64,000 nt of DNA from the human T2T-CHM13v2.0 reference genome, Homo sapiens: NCBI RefSeq assembly GCF_009914755.1, contig NC_060941.1. The stretch is one strand, 5' to 3'. The notes under the pieces are model-generated. The model searched no databases and was not told the origin of the DNA. It was given only the letters and a program-made list of their open reading frames with translations. Made by a program: the position numbers and the translations under genes. The stretch's first letter is position 1. Each line of letters opens with the position of its first letter. This document shows, piece after piece, positions 1 to 13,046 of this stretch.

Positions 1-917
1 CCCAGCACAGGAACCCCAGGTGGAATGAATCACTTCTGCTCCCAGAATCCTCTGCTCCCAGTGATGGCCACTGTGGATCCTGCTGTTCCTATGTGTATAA
101 CCCCCTTGCTGTGTAGGCTGTAAGAAGCATGAGGACAGGGACTGTGCCTATTCTTTTTTATAACTGGCATTTAACATAGAGCCTGGCATATGACAGATGT
201 CCAACAAATCATTTTAGAAGAAAATAATTTTCTTAATTAATGAATTTTTCATTGCATCTAAAAATTAGGGGGCTGAATAGTCCTTTAAATGGTGGATGCT
301 TCTTTGGTCTGTTTTAACTTTATAAACTTACTTAAGTGGTTGTAAAATGAAGAGTGCTGTAAATCTGTTAAGACTACATCGTTTCAGTTAAGGATGACTG
401 ATTAAGCACATGTTTTTATTCCTACTCCTCTTCCAAATGTCCATAGAACTGCTATTCCCCCCACACAGAAAAACTAGTGAAAATATCTGCATTAATGCTG
501 CAAAATAGGGAAAAGCATTATCCACATGAAAACAACTTGGAGGAATTTCTGCTGAATATAGTGCAGAGGCAAGAAGTCAGATGAAACCCACCCATAGTTG
601 AAGATATGCAAAGTAGCCCCCACCGGAGCAGCCAATGGAAAAGCACCCCTGACGTGAGCTCTTGGAAATCTCCTTGAATCAAGGCCTTGGTGCGCCATCT
701 ATAAACGCTGCTAAAATGTCGTGGATATAAATGGAAAAGTTGAGGCTGGTTGACAAAGTTGATAAAACCTCTAAAAGATGATTCAAATGAACAAAATGTG
801 TCAAAAACAAATTATGAGATAATCAGGGAAATGTGAACCCAGACTGGATATTTAATATTTCAATGATTGTTAAATTTCCTGTGGAATAATGGAACATGAG
901 ACTTTGGTTACACTTTG

Positions 918-2082
918 TATTTATTTATTTATTTATTACTATTTTACTTTAAGTTCTGGGATGCATGTACAGAACGTGCGGGTTTGTTACACAGGTATAT
1001 GTGTGCCATGGTAGTTTGCTGCCCCTATTGACCTGTCCTCTAAGTTTCCTCCCCTCACTCCCCACCCTCCCAACAGGCCTGGTGTGTGTTGTTCCCCTCT
1101 CTGTGTCCACGTATTCTCATTGTTCTACTCCCACTTATGAGTGAGAACATGTGGTGTTTAGTTTCCTGTTCCTGTGTTAGTTTGCTGAGGATGTTGGCTT
1201 CCAGCTTCATCCATGTCCCTGCAAAGGACATGATCTCCTTCCTTTTTATGGCTGTGTAGTGTTCCATTGTGTTATGTACCACATTTTCTATATCCAGTCT
1301 ATCATTGACGGGCATTTGGGTTGGTTTCATGACTTTGCTATTGTGAATAGTGCTGCAATAAACATACGTGTGCATGTGTCTTTATAGTAGAATAATTTAT
1401 ATTCTTTTGGGTATATACCCAGTAATGGTATTGCAGAGTCAAATGATATTTCTGGTTCTAGATCCTTGAGGAATCACCATACTGTCTTCCATAATGGTTG
1501 AACTAAATTACATTCCCACCGACAGTGTAAAAGCATTCCTATTTCTCCACAGCCTCGGCAGCATTTATTGTTTCTCGACGCTTTAATAATCACCATTCTG
1601 ACTGACATGAGATGGTATCTTATTGTGGTTTTGATTTGCATTTCTTTAATGATCAGTGATGTTGAGCTTTTTTTCATGTGTTTGTTGGCTGTGTAAAAGT
1701 CTTCCTTTGAGAAGTGTCCATTCATATCCTTTGCCCACTTTTTGATGGGGTTGTTTGTTTTTTTCTTGTAGATTTGTTTAAGTTCCTTGTAGATTCTGGA
1801 TATTAGACCTTTGTCAGATGGATGGATTTCAAAAATTTTCTCCCATTCTGTAGGTTGCCTGTTCGCTCTGATGATAGTTTCTTTTGCTGTGCAGAAACTC
1901 TTTAGTTTAATTAGATCCCATTTATCAATTTTGACTTGGCATTTTCATCATGAAGCCTTTGCCCATGACTATGTCCGCAAGGTTTGTCTAGGTTTTCTTC
2001 TAGAGTTTTTATGGTTTGGGGTTTTACATTTAAGTCTTTAATCCATTTTGAGTTAATTTTTGTATAAGGTGTAAGGAAGGGG
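918..2082 (-). mobile_element. 5'-truncated L1PA (older primate L1) 3' end
   Basis: Reverse-complement L1 3'UTR and ORF2 C-terminal remnants ([30 protein letters not shown]), with a T-rich tail at ~918-950. Confidence 0.92.
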
Positions 2083-2086
2083 TTCA

Positions 2087-2433
2087 CAAGCATGGTGCTG
2101 AAACCCTGCATAGTGTTCCTAAGTACAAGAACGCTATGTGTGCCTTACAGAGAAAATGCATGTGTTCAGTAAGCTTCATTCTGGCATTACTTATAGTGCT
2201 GTTGGCGGTAAATTCAATGTCAATGAATCAACAACATAAATAAAGTGTCTTTAAACAGAAACATGCATTATACAAGTTTATGTATTAATCAGTTGACAAA
2301 AATGTTGTGGCCAGAGGCTCTCAGGAACCTAATCCTGTATTTTCCCTAGGAGCAATGATTCAGTATTCACTAATTCAGTGTTCACAGTGATTTTAAAAAA
2401 CATAACTACCATGAATAACAAGAATTAACTGTA
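2087..2433 (+). mobile_element. MER82-like Tigger DNA transposon, 3' half
   Basis: Matches my recollection of the MER82 consensus (…gtgttcctaagtacaagaa…aacataactaccatgaataacaagaattaactgta) and ends in a Tigger-type terminus plus TA. Confidence 0.65.
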
Positions 2434-2435
2434 AT

Positions 2436-2630
2436 CACAGATGAAATATGTGTCTGAAATTTGCTTCAAAGTAATCCAGGGGACTGGCAGTAGAAATATA
2501 CATGGAACAGACTGGCCATTTGTAAATTGTTGAAGGTGTATGATGAGTACATGAGTGTTCATTATACTGTTCTCTCAACTTTTGTATATATTTGAAATTT
2601 CCAATAACAAAAGTTTTAATTTTTAAAAGA
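2436..2630 (+). mobile_element. Ancient L1M 3' fragment (a further piece at ~770-900)
   Basis: Typical L1M 3'UTR text (gttcattatactgttctctcaacttttgtatatatttgaaatttcc). Confidence 0.55.
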
Positions 2631-3443
2631 GAGAGACAGAATGGCATAGCAGAAATACAAGTTTGGATCTTCTTCAGGCATTAAAAAATCATTTAGTGTG
2701 GTATATAAAGAAATATAATTATTTAGAAGTAGAATGAATTAAATTTCATGTTAAGTATAAATGATCCAGTGCCATGTAAAGTCAGTATATACAAACCCCC
2801 CAAAGCAAAAGAGAGTGTATGAGTGTGGGCTCTATAAATTGTAGGTAATATAGAAACTTACATGTCATTTTTAGAAAGTGAAAAGAAAAAGACAAGAGAC
2901 ATCTAAATAAAAGCCTATGTTCTGCCATTTAACTGTAATAAAGCTCAGTTTCTAACTTTCAGGCTTGTCTATCCCATTAATAAATCTGCTTCAGGCTCCT
3001 GGGACAGCTCTGCCTGCCTCTGCTCCCTCCTCACTGGGAGAGTTCGTAACAGGTCAAGTCCGAGGGCTAATGCCCCACTTCGTCACTACCTGTTTCCACT
3101 GCAATGCCTCAACTTGCTCTCCAGCTCTCTGACACTTATTCAACAGTTAAGTTTGCCAAACTAAAGCCTCTATGTCCTTCCATCCTTCCTCATCTCCTAC
3201 CACAGTGTTTTCCAAATCCATTCTGAGGGGTGCTACAGCTCCGGAGACATTCCCCAGGAGCACAAAGGCAGAGAAGCTGGAGTCCCGGGTGCTACTGCAG
3301 CATAGAGGGCTCTGCTTTTATCTGTTTTGTATTTTGAGTTTTGCAAAAGATTTTGCAAGAGGAAAAAATGTTCTGTTTTTTAGGAAAAAAAATTGAACAA
3401 GCCAAACTTCTGAGACATTTTTTATGATGGGAGCACATGGGGC

Positions 3444-3447
<4 letters not shown>

Positions 3448-3484
<37 letters not shown>
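3448..3484. repeat. (TG)n microsatellite
   Basis: Pure TG run. Confidence 0.97.
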
Positions 3485-3486
<2 letters not shown>

Positions 3487-4109
3487 CCCAGCTGTTCCTG
3501 GTGAATCCTGGCTTACACCAGGTGAATGACTCAGACTTACTCTACATCTTTCATTCTGTTTTCTTAACGAAGAAAAGAAAAAGGCTCTTTTGCAGCCCAA
3601 ATCGATATAGGTTCCTCTGAAGTGCTTAGCAATGGCCAGATTTGCATAAAGCTGTGTGTTGTTTTGGGATCTTCAGCTTGAGAAAGATTTGGAGAACTCT
3701 GAGAGATTTTAAATCATCATTATCATTTTTTGAGAGCCTTTTGTATGCTGGTCATCACACTAGTTACTTTGCATTTAGTATTGTATTTAAGGCTCTCGAT
3801 AAACTTGCAAAGTAGTTGGTAGCATCTGCAGGCATCAGCACTCTAGCACAGGCAAGTGACCTATACCCAGATCTCATTAGCATAAGCCACAGAAGCTCAC
3901 AAAAGCAAAATGCAGGAAATGACGAGTACAGCCTGTCTCTGGAAGGACCGGAATCCAGAGCTCCAATGCCAGCAGAATGCCCCCTGCCTTCTCTCCTCTC
4001 AGCCTTTATGTTTACTTAACATTTGTACAACTGGGAAGATGGTCACTTTACATGCTTTCCGTGAAAACAGAGACCTTTTTTGTTTATTTGTTTTATTTTC
4101 CTAAGGTCT

Positions 4110-4740
4110 TTTTTTTTACAGCAGGGTTAGGATAACAGAAAAATAAGTCGGCTTCACATGCACAACCTCTCCTATCATCAACATTTCCCACCAGAGTGGT
4201 ACATTTGTTGTAATTAATGAACCTACATTGACACATCATTATCACACAGAATCCTTAGTTTACATTAGGGTTCACTCTTGGTGTTGTATGTTTTATGTAT
4301 AACGACATGGATCCATCATTAAAATATCATACAGAATAGTTTCACTGCCCTAAAATCTCTGTGATCTGACTGTTCATCCCTTCTTCACCCTAACCCCAGG
4401 AAACCACTCATCTTTTTACGGTTTTCATAGTTTTAGCTTATCCAGAGTGTCTTATTGGAATTGTAGTGTGAAGCCTTTTCAGATTGGCTTCTTTCACTTT
4501 GCAACATGCATTTGAGGCTCTTCCATGGCTTTTCATTGCTTGATAGCTCATTCCTTTTTCATGCCGAATAATATTCTATTGTCTAGATGTACCAATGTAT
4601 TTATTCATCTACTGAAGGACATCTTGGTTGCTTCTAAGTTTTGGCAATTATGTATAAAGCTGCTATAAACATCTGTGTGCAGATTTTTGTGTGGACGTAA
4701 GTTTTGAAGCCCAAGGAGTGAAACTGCTGGATTGTATGGT
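4110..4740 (-). mobile_element. Old L1M (L1MB/MC-type) 3' fragment
   Basis: ccaccagagtggtacatttgtt…cagattggcttctttcactt…gctgctataaacat motifs. Confidence 0.7.
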
Positions 4741-4914
4741 GGGACCTTGCATTTTCATTGCAATATTTCCAGCAGCTAGAACAATGTCTTGCACATGGAA
4801 GACACTCAAAATATACCTGTTGAATGAAGGGATGGAATGAAAGCGTGGTTGGAATTTTGCAAGTTCCGTCACTCTATGCTCATAGCAAAGAGACTGTGGC
4901 ACATCCTGTTGTAC

Positions 4915-5147
4915 AGTATATCATTGTGAGCATTGAGTATATCATTGTGAGCATTGAGTATATCATTGTGAGCACTGAGTATATCATTGTGAGCGTTGAG
5001 TATATCATTGTGAGCGTTGAGTATATCATTGTGAGCGTTGAGTATATCATTGTGAGCGTTGAGTATATCATAGTGAGCATTGAGTATATCACTGTGAGCG
5101 TTGAGTATATCATTGTGAAAATTGAGTATATCATTGTGAGCATTGAG
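4915..5147. repeat. 21-bp minisatellite, 11 copies (AGTATATCATTGTGAGCRTTG)
   Basis: Head-to-tail units, which translate to YIIVS[IV]E x11. Confidence 0.97.
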
Positions 5148-5879
5148 CAAATGCATCACTGTACCCTAGCCTGTCTCCAGCCAGCCTTCGGCATGGCCTC
5201 CACTAGTGGATTATTATATCTTACTTTTACCTAAGTTATTCCAAATAGGGGTTTGTTTTTTTTTTTTTTTGGCATGATGTGTGTGACTCTAGAGATAAAA
5301 CAAGATCAGAACATTGTCTTTCCATGAAACATACGGGCAGGTATGCATACACAGCTCTCTTTGACTCTGGGTGACCACAGAAGCCACTGTCATTTATTTA
5401 GGGGCAATTCCTCTTAGCTACAACCCACCAAATAATTTCGCTGTGCTTCTATAATTTTAATTTGAAAAAGAAGCATCCTCCCAAGAGTTGAGTCCTGAAG
5501 AGTGTCAAGCACTCAGCCTCAGATATCCTATACATTAAATGAAAGATTTGGAACAATGGCTCAAGGAATCATCTGGCTCATTCTAAACATCCTATCACCT
5601 GTCTCTCACCCACACCTAGGCCTAGCTCCTATTCATATTTTTTTACTATTTGGGACCAAATCTAGTGTATTTTCCTCCCCTTGGAGTTCTGAGGAGGTGC
5701 TATGTTTCTTCTGTATAAATCACACAAACGCATTCCAATATTAGTACTTAAAAAATGTAAGACTCTAGTAGGCCTTCCAGAGAAACAGACAATACAGAAA
5801 TAATGCATAATATTTATATTGTATAATATAGACTCTATTAAAATATATAATGTTAGGTAATAAAAAGGCAAAGTATAGG

Positions 5880-6305
5880 ACAATGCTGTCCCATAGAAGA
5901 TTTCAATTTCTAGCAGTTACATTAAAAGTAAAACAAAAGCAATTAAATTAATTTAATAGTATATTTTATAAAACCAAATATATCCAAAATATATTTACTT
6001 CAACATGTAATGAATATAAACATTAAGGAGATATTTTACATTTTTCCCTACCTAATCTTCCAAATCCTTAAAAATCTTTGAAATTCAAATGTATTTACAA
6101 TTACAGCATTTCTCAGTTTGGAAGCTAAATGTTCCAAGGTTAAAGAGAAATGTAGTTCCATCAGACAATCGAGTTGTTTTAACAGAGCAATATTTTACAT
6201 TCCTTCAGTTTTCAAATTTAAATTGGCTACAGTTAAGTACAACTAGGAACTCGGTTCGTCGCTTGCATTGGTCACATATCACGGGCTCAATACTGGACAG
6301 CAAAG
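5880..6305. mobile_element. MER33/MER3-like hAT-Charlie remnant
   Basis: Termini tgctgtcc… and …ggacagca; AT-rich interior typical of the family. Confidence 0.55.
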
Positions 6306-7569
6306 TACAGTATAGGAAGTTATGTTGCAGGGAGAGGCTGTTTGAGATAAAGAAGTCAGGGAGATCTTGTGTGAAGATGACACTCGAGCAGAGACGTGAA
6401 TGGAATGAGAGCGGGAGGCTGCCAAGATGTGGGGAAAGAGCATTCCCGGAAAGGAGAAATAAAAAGTGCAAAGGTCCTGGAAATGGGATCGTAAACATCC
6501 AAACACACGTATAACCTTCAAAGCTGTGACCTTGTGGGCTGGGGAGATGGTGTCTATCTGCTTATTCTAAGGATGGTACAAAATCTTTTTGGTATCTGGG
6601 ACACAAAGTTCCTAAAATATGCACTACTTCTCCTTTATGTCGTTCGTTGGAGCAAAACATGAGATTCCTCTTTGTTATTAAAAAAATAAGTAAAAGGAGC
6701 TTAAGGCTCTGAGTCTGGACCCAGGATTATCCAGCTGTGTCCCTCCAGCTCTGTGATGTGCACCAGTAAAGAGAAACGACAAGAACACAACTTCTAGATA
6801 ACGCCACCTTGCAGACCGATGCTACTTGCTGTCGCCTCACCCGTGCCCTGGAGAAGGGCTCACGGTGGCCATCTGCATTTAGCTAATCTCAGTGTTATTT
6901 TCTCTCGGCAGTTTTCTGGACAGCTGACACCTTCGACAGTGATATGAGAAGTAGGCTCCCAAACAGCGCTGTCCAGAGTCCACTCAGAGAAGTCGAGCAA
7001 ATGGATGAAAGCGTCCTTATCGTCGCTTTTTCTTAGGCAAGTTAGACAGAGGTGTGTACGCTGCTGAATAATCTCAGTCAGGGACAGAAAGTCTAGAAGG
7101 GCCAAATGGCCAAGAGCTGAAAGGTGTCTCAAGTGGGCCTTCCCCTCCAGGGAGCAGGAAGGACACGGAGTATAGGGGAGAAGGTCAAGGGACAAATGCT
7201 CCCAACTCCGTGCATATGGAAGTCCCTGCCGTACCCACACTCTGACATCTGCATACAAAAAGCAAATGCCAAGTGTGTGCACAGTATGGTTGAAATAAAT
7301 AAGAAAGATAGAAGGGTTTAAAATAACCAAAATAGATTTGGTTAGAGTGATTGGTTGAATTTTTTCTACTAAATTATCTTAATAATTTGCATTAGTTAGA
7401 AGTCATAAAGAAACAAAGTTTGGGCTTTTTAATTTAGGGTTAGCCCTGTTTAGTCTTTCAGCTCCTCTGATCCCTACAGAATCCCCAGTGGGCCTTGAGA
7501 AGGAAGAATCCAGAGGTGTTTTGCTCAGGCCTGACTCCAACACGTCTCCTGAATTAAAGCCCCATAAAG

Positions 7570-8045
7570 ATAATATTCAGCCTTAAAAAAGAAAGAAAGA
7601 AATATTGCCATTTATGACAACATGGATGGATCTGAAGGACATTAGGCTGAGTGAAATAAGCAAGTCACAAAAAGACAAATAGCACATGATCTCACTTCTA
7701 TATGGAATCTAAAAAAGTCAAATTCATAAAAGTTAGAGTTGTTACCAAGAGCTGGGAAGGCCAGAGTGGGAAGCTGTTGGTCGAAGGATATAAAATTTCA
7801 GTTAGGAAGAATAAGTTCAAGAGCTCTATTGTACAACACAGTGACTACAGTTAATAACAATGTATCGTATGCTTGAAAATCCCTGGGAGAATAGACTTTC
7901 AGTGTTCTCACCACAAAGAAATAGTAGGTAGCTGAGGCAATACGTATGTTAATGAGTTTCATTTAACCATTTCACAATGTATGCAGATTTCAAAACATCA
8001 TGTATACACCATAATTATATGCCATTTGTATTTGTCAATTTTTTT
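7570..8045 (+). mobile_element. L1MA-type 3' end
   Basis: gccatttatgacaacatggatggatctgaaggacatt…gtgactacagttaataacaatgtat. Confidence 0.8.
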
Positions 8046-8157
8046 TAAAGCCTGTGAGGTTGAGAATACTCCTGCTTGTTTACCAGGTAGCTCCACACTC
8101 AAAAAATATTTATTGAATGAATGGCCAACATCGTATTGTAAGTCACAGCCCAAACTA

Positions 8158-8568
<411 letters not shown>

Positions 8569-9302
8569 CTATGGATTTTTAAGTCCAGGGACAAAAGGGA
8601 CTGGGGACACAATAACACCTGCCCTCACAGGTTCAAGATGCTTTTAACTAGCATATGTGTTTGCCCTGCCATTCGGAAGCTAAAACAAGACAGGCAGTGG
8701 ACCCAGCCCCATGCCCTCACTGACCATCCAGCAGTAAAGATGAGCACCTGGCACCCTGCATGGGGACACGCAGCTGACAGATACAGGGGGAGTGCCGAGC
8801 CACGCCTCCTTGCTGCCCTTGGGAGAGATCTGGGAGAGAGAAGAGAAGCAAATGATCTCTCTTGACCCTCCAGTCAGATAGTATCTTTCCATCCTCTGGC
8901 CTCCCATACTACCATCTAAAGTGTCATCAGGTAGAAGGCAGAGCAGATGTCCTTGGCCCTTCCAGAAGGAAGCATTCAGCTCAGTCTGACAAAGAACTCC
9001 CTTGCCGTCAGTGCTACACGCAGGATGGGCTGCTTCTCAAAGCCAGGTCCCTGTCCCAGCCTTAAGGACCATGTCTGCAATGTGACAGAGGAAAAATCTC
9101 CATTTGGAGGAGGCTTGAACCCGATGATCTACCTTTCTAATAACAGGGAGCTGGCATCTATGGCCAACACCAACTGGCCTGCCCCAGCAATGGACCTGGA
9201 TACATCATACTCCACTCCAACCTCTGGACTCAAAAGCCTGCGAGTCCTTTGTCCCCTGGCTGTGGAACAGCCTATAATTTATCATGCAAACTTAGGACAC
9301 TG

Positions 9303-9623
9303 TTTTTTGGGTTTTTTTTTTTTCTTTAATTTTTTTTTTGAGACAGAGTCTTGCTCTGTCACCCAGGGTGGAGCTCAGTGGCGCCATCTCCGCTCTCACT
9401 GCAACCTCTGCTTCCCAGGTTCAAGTGATTTTCCTGCCTCACCGTCTGGAGTAGCTGGGACTACAGGCGCACCCCACCACACTTGGCTAATTTTTGTATT
9501 TTTAGTAGAGATGAGGTTTTGCCATGTTGGCCAGGCTGGTCTCGAACTCCTGACCTCAAGTGATCCGCCCAACTCAGCCTCCCAAAGTGCTAGGATTACA
9601 GGCATGAGCCACTGCACCCGGCC
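9303..9623 (-). mobile_element. AluS
   Basis: Full dimer; TSD ttaggacact at 9292-9301 and 9624-9633. Confidence 0.95.
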
Positions 9624-9779
9624 TTAGGACACTTTTTCAAGTGAAAGACGACAGTAATAATAACAATAGCAGTAGCACAACAGGGCAGATAAGGAGGTAT
9701 AGTCACCATGACTAGAGTGCACTCTTAGCAAAAATGCCCAGACTTATGGTGGGATCTATAATTCTAAACCACAACATTT

Positions 9780-10075
9780 ATTTTATTCATATTTTTATTT
9801 TTAGAGACAGGGTCTTGTTCTGCTGCCTTGGCTGTAGTGCAATGGGACGATCACAGCTCACTGTAACCTTGAACTCTGAGCTCAAAAAATCCTCCTGCCT
9901 GGCCTCTTGAGTAGCTGAGACTACCGGCTTCAGCCACCGTGCTGGCTAATTTTTGGTAGAGATGGGGGTCTCACTATGTTGTCCAGGCTAGTCTTGAACT
10001 CCTGGCCTCAAGCGATCCTCCCACCTCAGCTTTCCAAAGTGTTGAGATTACAGGCACGAGCCACCGTGCTTGGCC
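9780..10075 (-). mobile_element. AluJ
   Basis: Diverged dimer; TSD-like taaaccaca on both sides. Confidence 0.92.
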
Positions 10076-10323
10076 TAAACCACATTTATTAACATGCTAA
10101 AAATCTGCCTGGTACCATTAAAGACTGAAGCCTTTCAATGAATATAGCAATAAATATAGCAAGGCACTATCACATAAAAACCTGTGGGCTGGGAATTCTG
10201 GTGGATATGGAATACTTAATGAGGGTGGGAGAATTACAGAGAAATGGAAGTCCTCTGGTTTGAAGAGCAGGAGAGAAGTACTGAGAAAGTGAGAGTGGTA
10301 GGGGACAAATCAAATTGTATTTC

Positions 10324-10616
<293 letters not shown>

Positions 10617-11049
10617 TCAGAATTGTATTTCTGTAGATATTTTTAATCATCCTTAAAATAACACTAAGGAAAACTCAACTCTTCATAAACGTGATTGATT
10701 TTGGGGGGCGGTTTGCGGGATGTCTGGAATAGAATTGGGGGAGATAAAGCTCCTACTCTACTGTCGCCTCACGGCACCATCACCAAGCCACACCTCTGTG
10801 CTGGCACTGCCTGGATTTACTATGAGCCACCCATGTGACTAAGCACATTTCTAAACATCTGACGCTCAGAGTCCTCAGTCTGTAAAGCCAAGCACCCAGA
10901 GGCCTTTGCCACTAGCTTTCCGTGTAGCTTGGACCTTCTGTGACCTCACTCTCCTGTTGACCTACAGCAAAATAGCTGACGTCATGCCAAGCCTCGCAGA
11001 CCTACCAGAGTGATTCATTTAATAATATTTGTAATCTTTGAAAGATGAG

Positions 11050-11600
11050 GTTGCTCCATAAAAGGGTTAGAAAATAACTGTGACTTTTGTAATGTGTTAA
11101 CATGCATACCTAGGAGTCTCTCCTGTCCAAACACCATTATAACCGCCTGCTCTCTTACTTTCTTTCACTGGCTTCTTATTTTTTTTCCCCTCTGGGGCTC
11201 CTAAAGTCAGACTCACATTGGAATGGTTTGCAAACTCCCGTCTTTCCTGATTGGGTCCATCTGAATGGAGCCGTCACCAATGTCTTCACAAATGGCATTT
11301 CCATTAACATTTCTATTTCTGTCCATTCGGGGCACCTAAAGATTTCCCACCAAGATTTACATCAACTATTTTAAGAACGTGCTTTTAAAAAGCCAATGAG
11401 TTTGCTAAGTTTAAATCTGACTTTCTCAAGGGATGCTTAAAAGAAATATACAAAGTTTTTTTAAAAGAACCTTTGTAAGTTCAAAATAACATTCCAAAAG
11501 GAGTCACTAGGAAAACATTCAAGGGAAGAGAAAAAATTTTTTTTTGCATTTGTGGCAGACCTGGCTTTATCTTAATGTTCTATGTTTGTTTTTCGACGCA
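11050..11600. promoter_or_regulatory. Candidate distal cardiac/smooth-muscle enhancer (CArG, MEF2, two MCAT/TEAD sites)
   Basis: CCATAAAAGG 11056-11065, TGGAATG 11219-11225, CTATTTTAAG 11366-11375 and ACATTCCA 11489-11496 in non-repetitive DNA. Confidence 0.5.
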
Positions 11601-11979
11601 GAAAAGTCAAATAGCCATAAGAGTCACAAAATAATTGAAAGAAAAATGGCTTGGTGCTTCTCATGTCTAGAATATTTATAGCAGAGGGAGGAGCTAGGCT
11701 GTGTATATCCATTATTCAACAGGCCAGGTAAAGACAGAAGATTGGCCAACGGCAGCTCAAAGACAGAGCCCTGGGGATTCTCTTAGGTCTTATGGAAGCT
11801 GCATCAGAGCTATTGCTAAACTATGTCAACTGTAACTTTCCATTAGCCTGATGACCTGTGATCTACCAATGCCACAACATGGCTGGAATGCTCAGACAGT
11901 TACCAAACAGGAAGATAAGCCATGGGTAATTATTTCAATAGAAACTTAGAGTTGAAGTGATTGTTCCTGTAAGAGTCTA

Positions 11980-12370
11980 TTAATTAGAATTAGATTTTGC
12001 TGCTAAACTAAAAAACTCTCCTAATAGTGGCCTAATCATAAAAAGAGTCCAGAGGTAGGCAGCCTGTGGCTGGTGTGATGTCTGGTATGGTGACACCAAA
12101 GAGTCATCAGGGACCCAGGCTCTGAACTGTATCCTCTGCCAACTTGAGCATGTGGCTTCCATTCTCCAGGTTACTTCATGGTCTCAAATAGCTATTCTCT
12201 ATCATGGCTATCTATCAGAACGGCACACTTCAAGTAGGAGGAAAGAGAGAAAGGAGGGAAAGTGTGGTCTCCTCTATTTTAAAGAGATTTCTAGAAGCCC
12301 CGCACAACACTTCCATTACAGCTCATTGGCCAGAGCTTGGTCACATAACAATTACCAGCCCAAAAAAGAC
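11980..12370. mobile_element. MLT1 (ERVL-MaLR) solo LTR, old
   Basis: gtcatcagggacccaggctc…cattggccagagcttggtcacat motifs. Confidence 0.65.
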
Positions 12371-12604
12371 GGGGAGCTGCTAATTTCCACAAGTACCCAT
12401 CAGTCTCTTTCACAAATAGCAACTGTGCTTACTGAGTCTTTTCGTGTCTTTCAGAAGCACCCGCTTGCCTAAATCCATCACTTCATACTGGAAAAGCCTT
12501 TATGAACATTTGCTCACATTAGGTGTAAAAAATAATCCAGAAGTTTAAAGAGAATGCTGTTTTCCATGAACTGTAATAAATGATAAGTATTTAAACCTTA
12601 AAAT

Positions 12605-13046
<442 letters not shown>

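Noticed and set aside
4915-5147. CRISPR-like array, lac-operator-like ATTGTGAGC, and heptad-repeat ORFs (136/96/87 aa)
   Set aside because: Units are head-to-tail with no unique spacers, there are no cas genes, and the context is human. The lacO similarity is only 9-10 bp. The ORFs are a by-product of the 21-bp period.
8947-9627. Longest ORF in the window (226 aa)
   Set aside because: The C-terminal half is antisense Alu and poly-T; there is no recognisable domain or gene structure.
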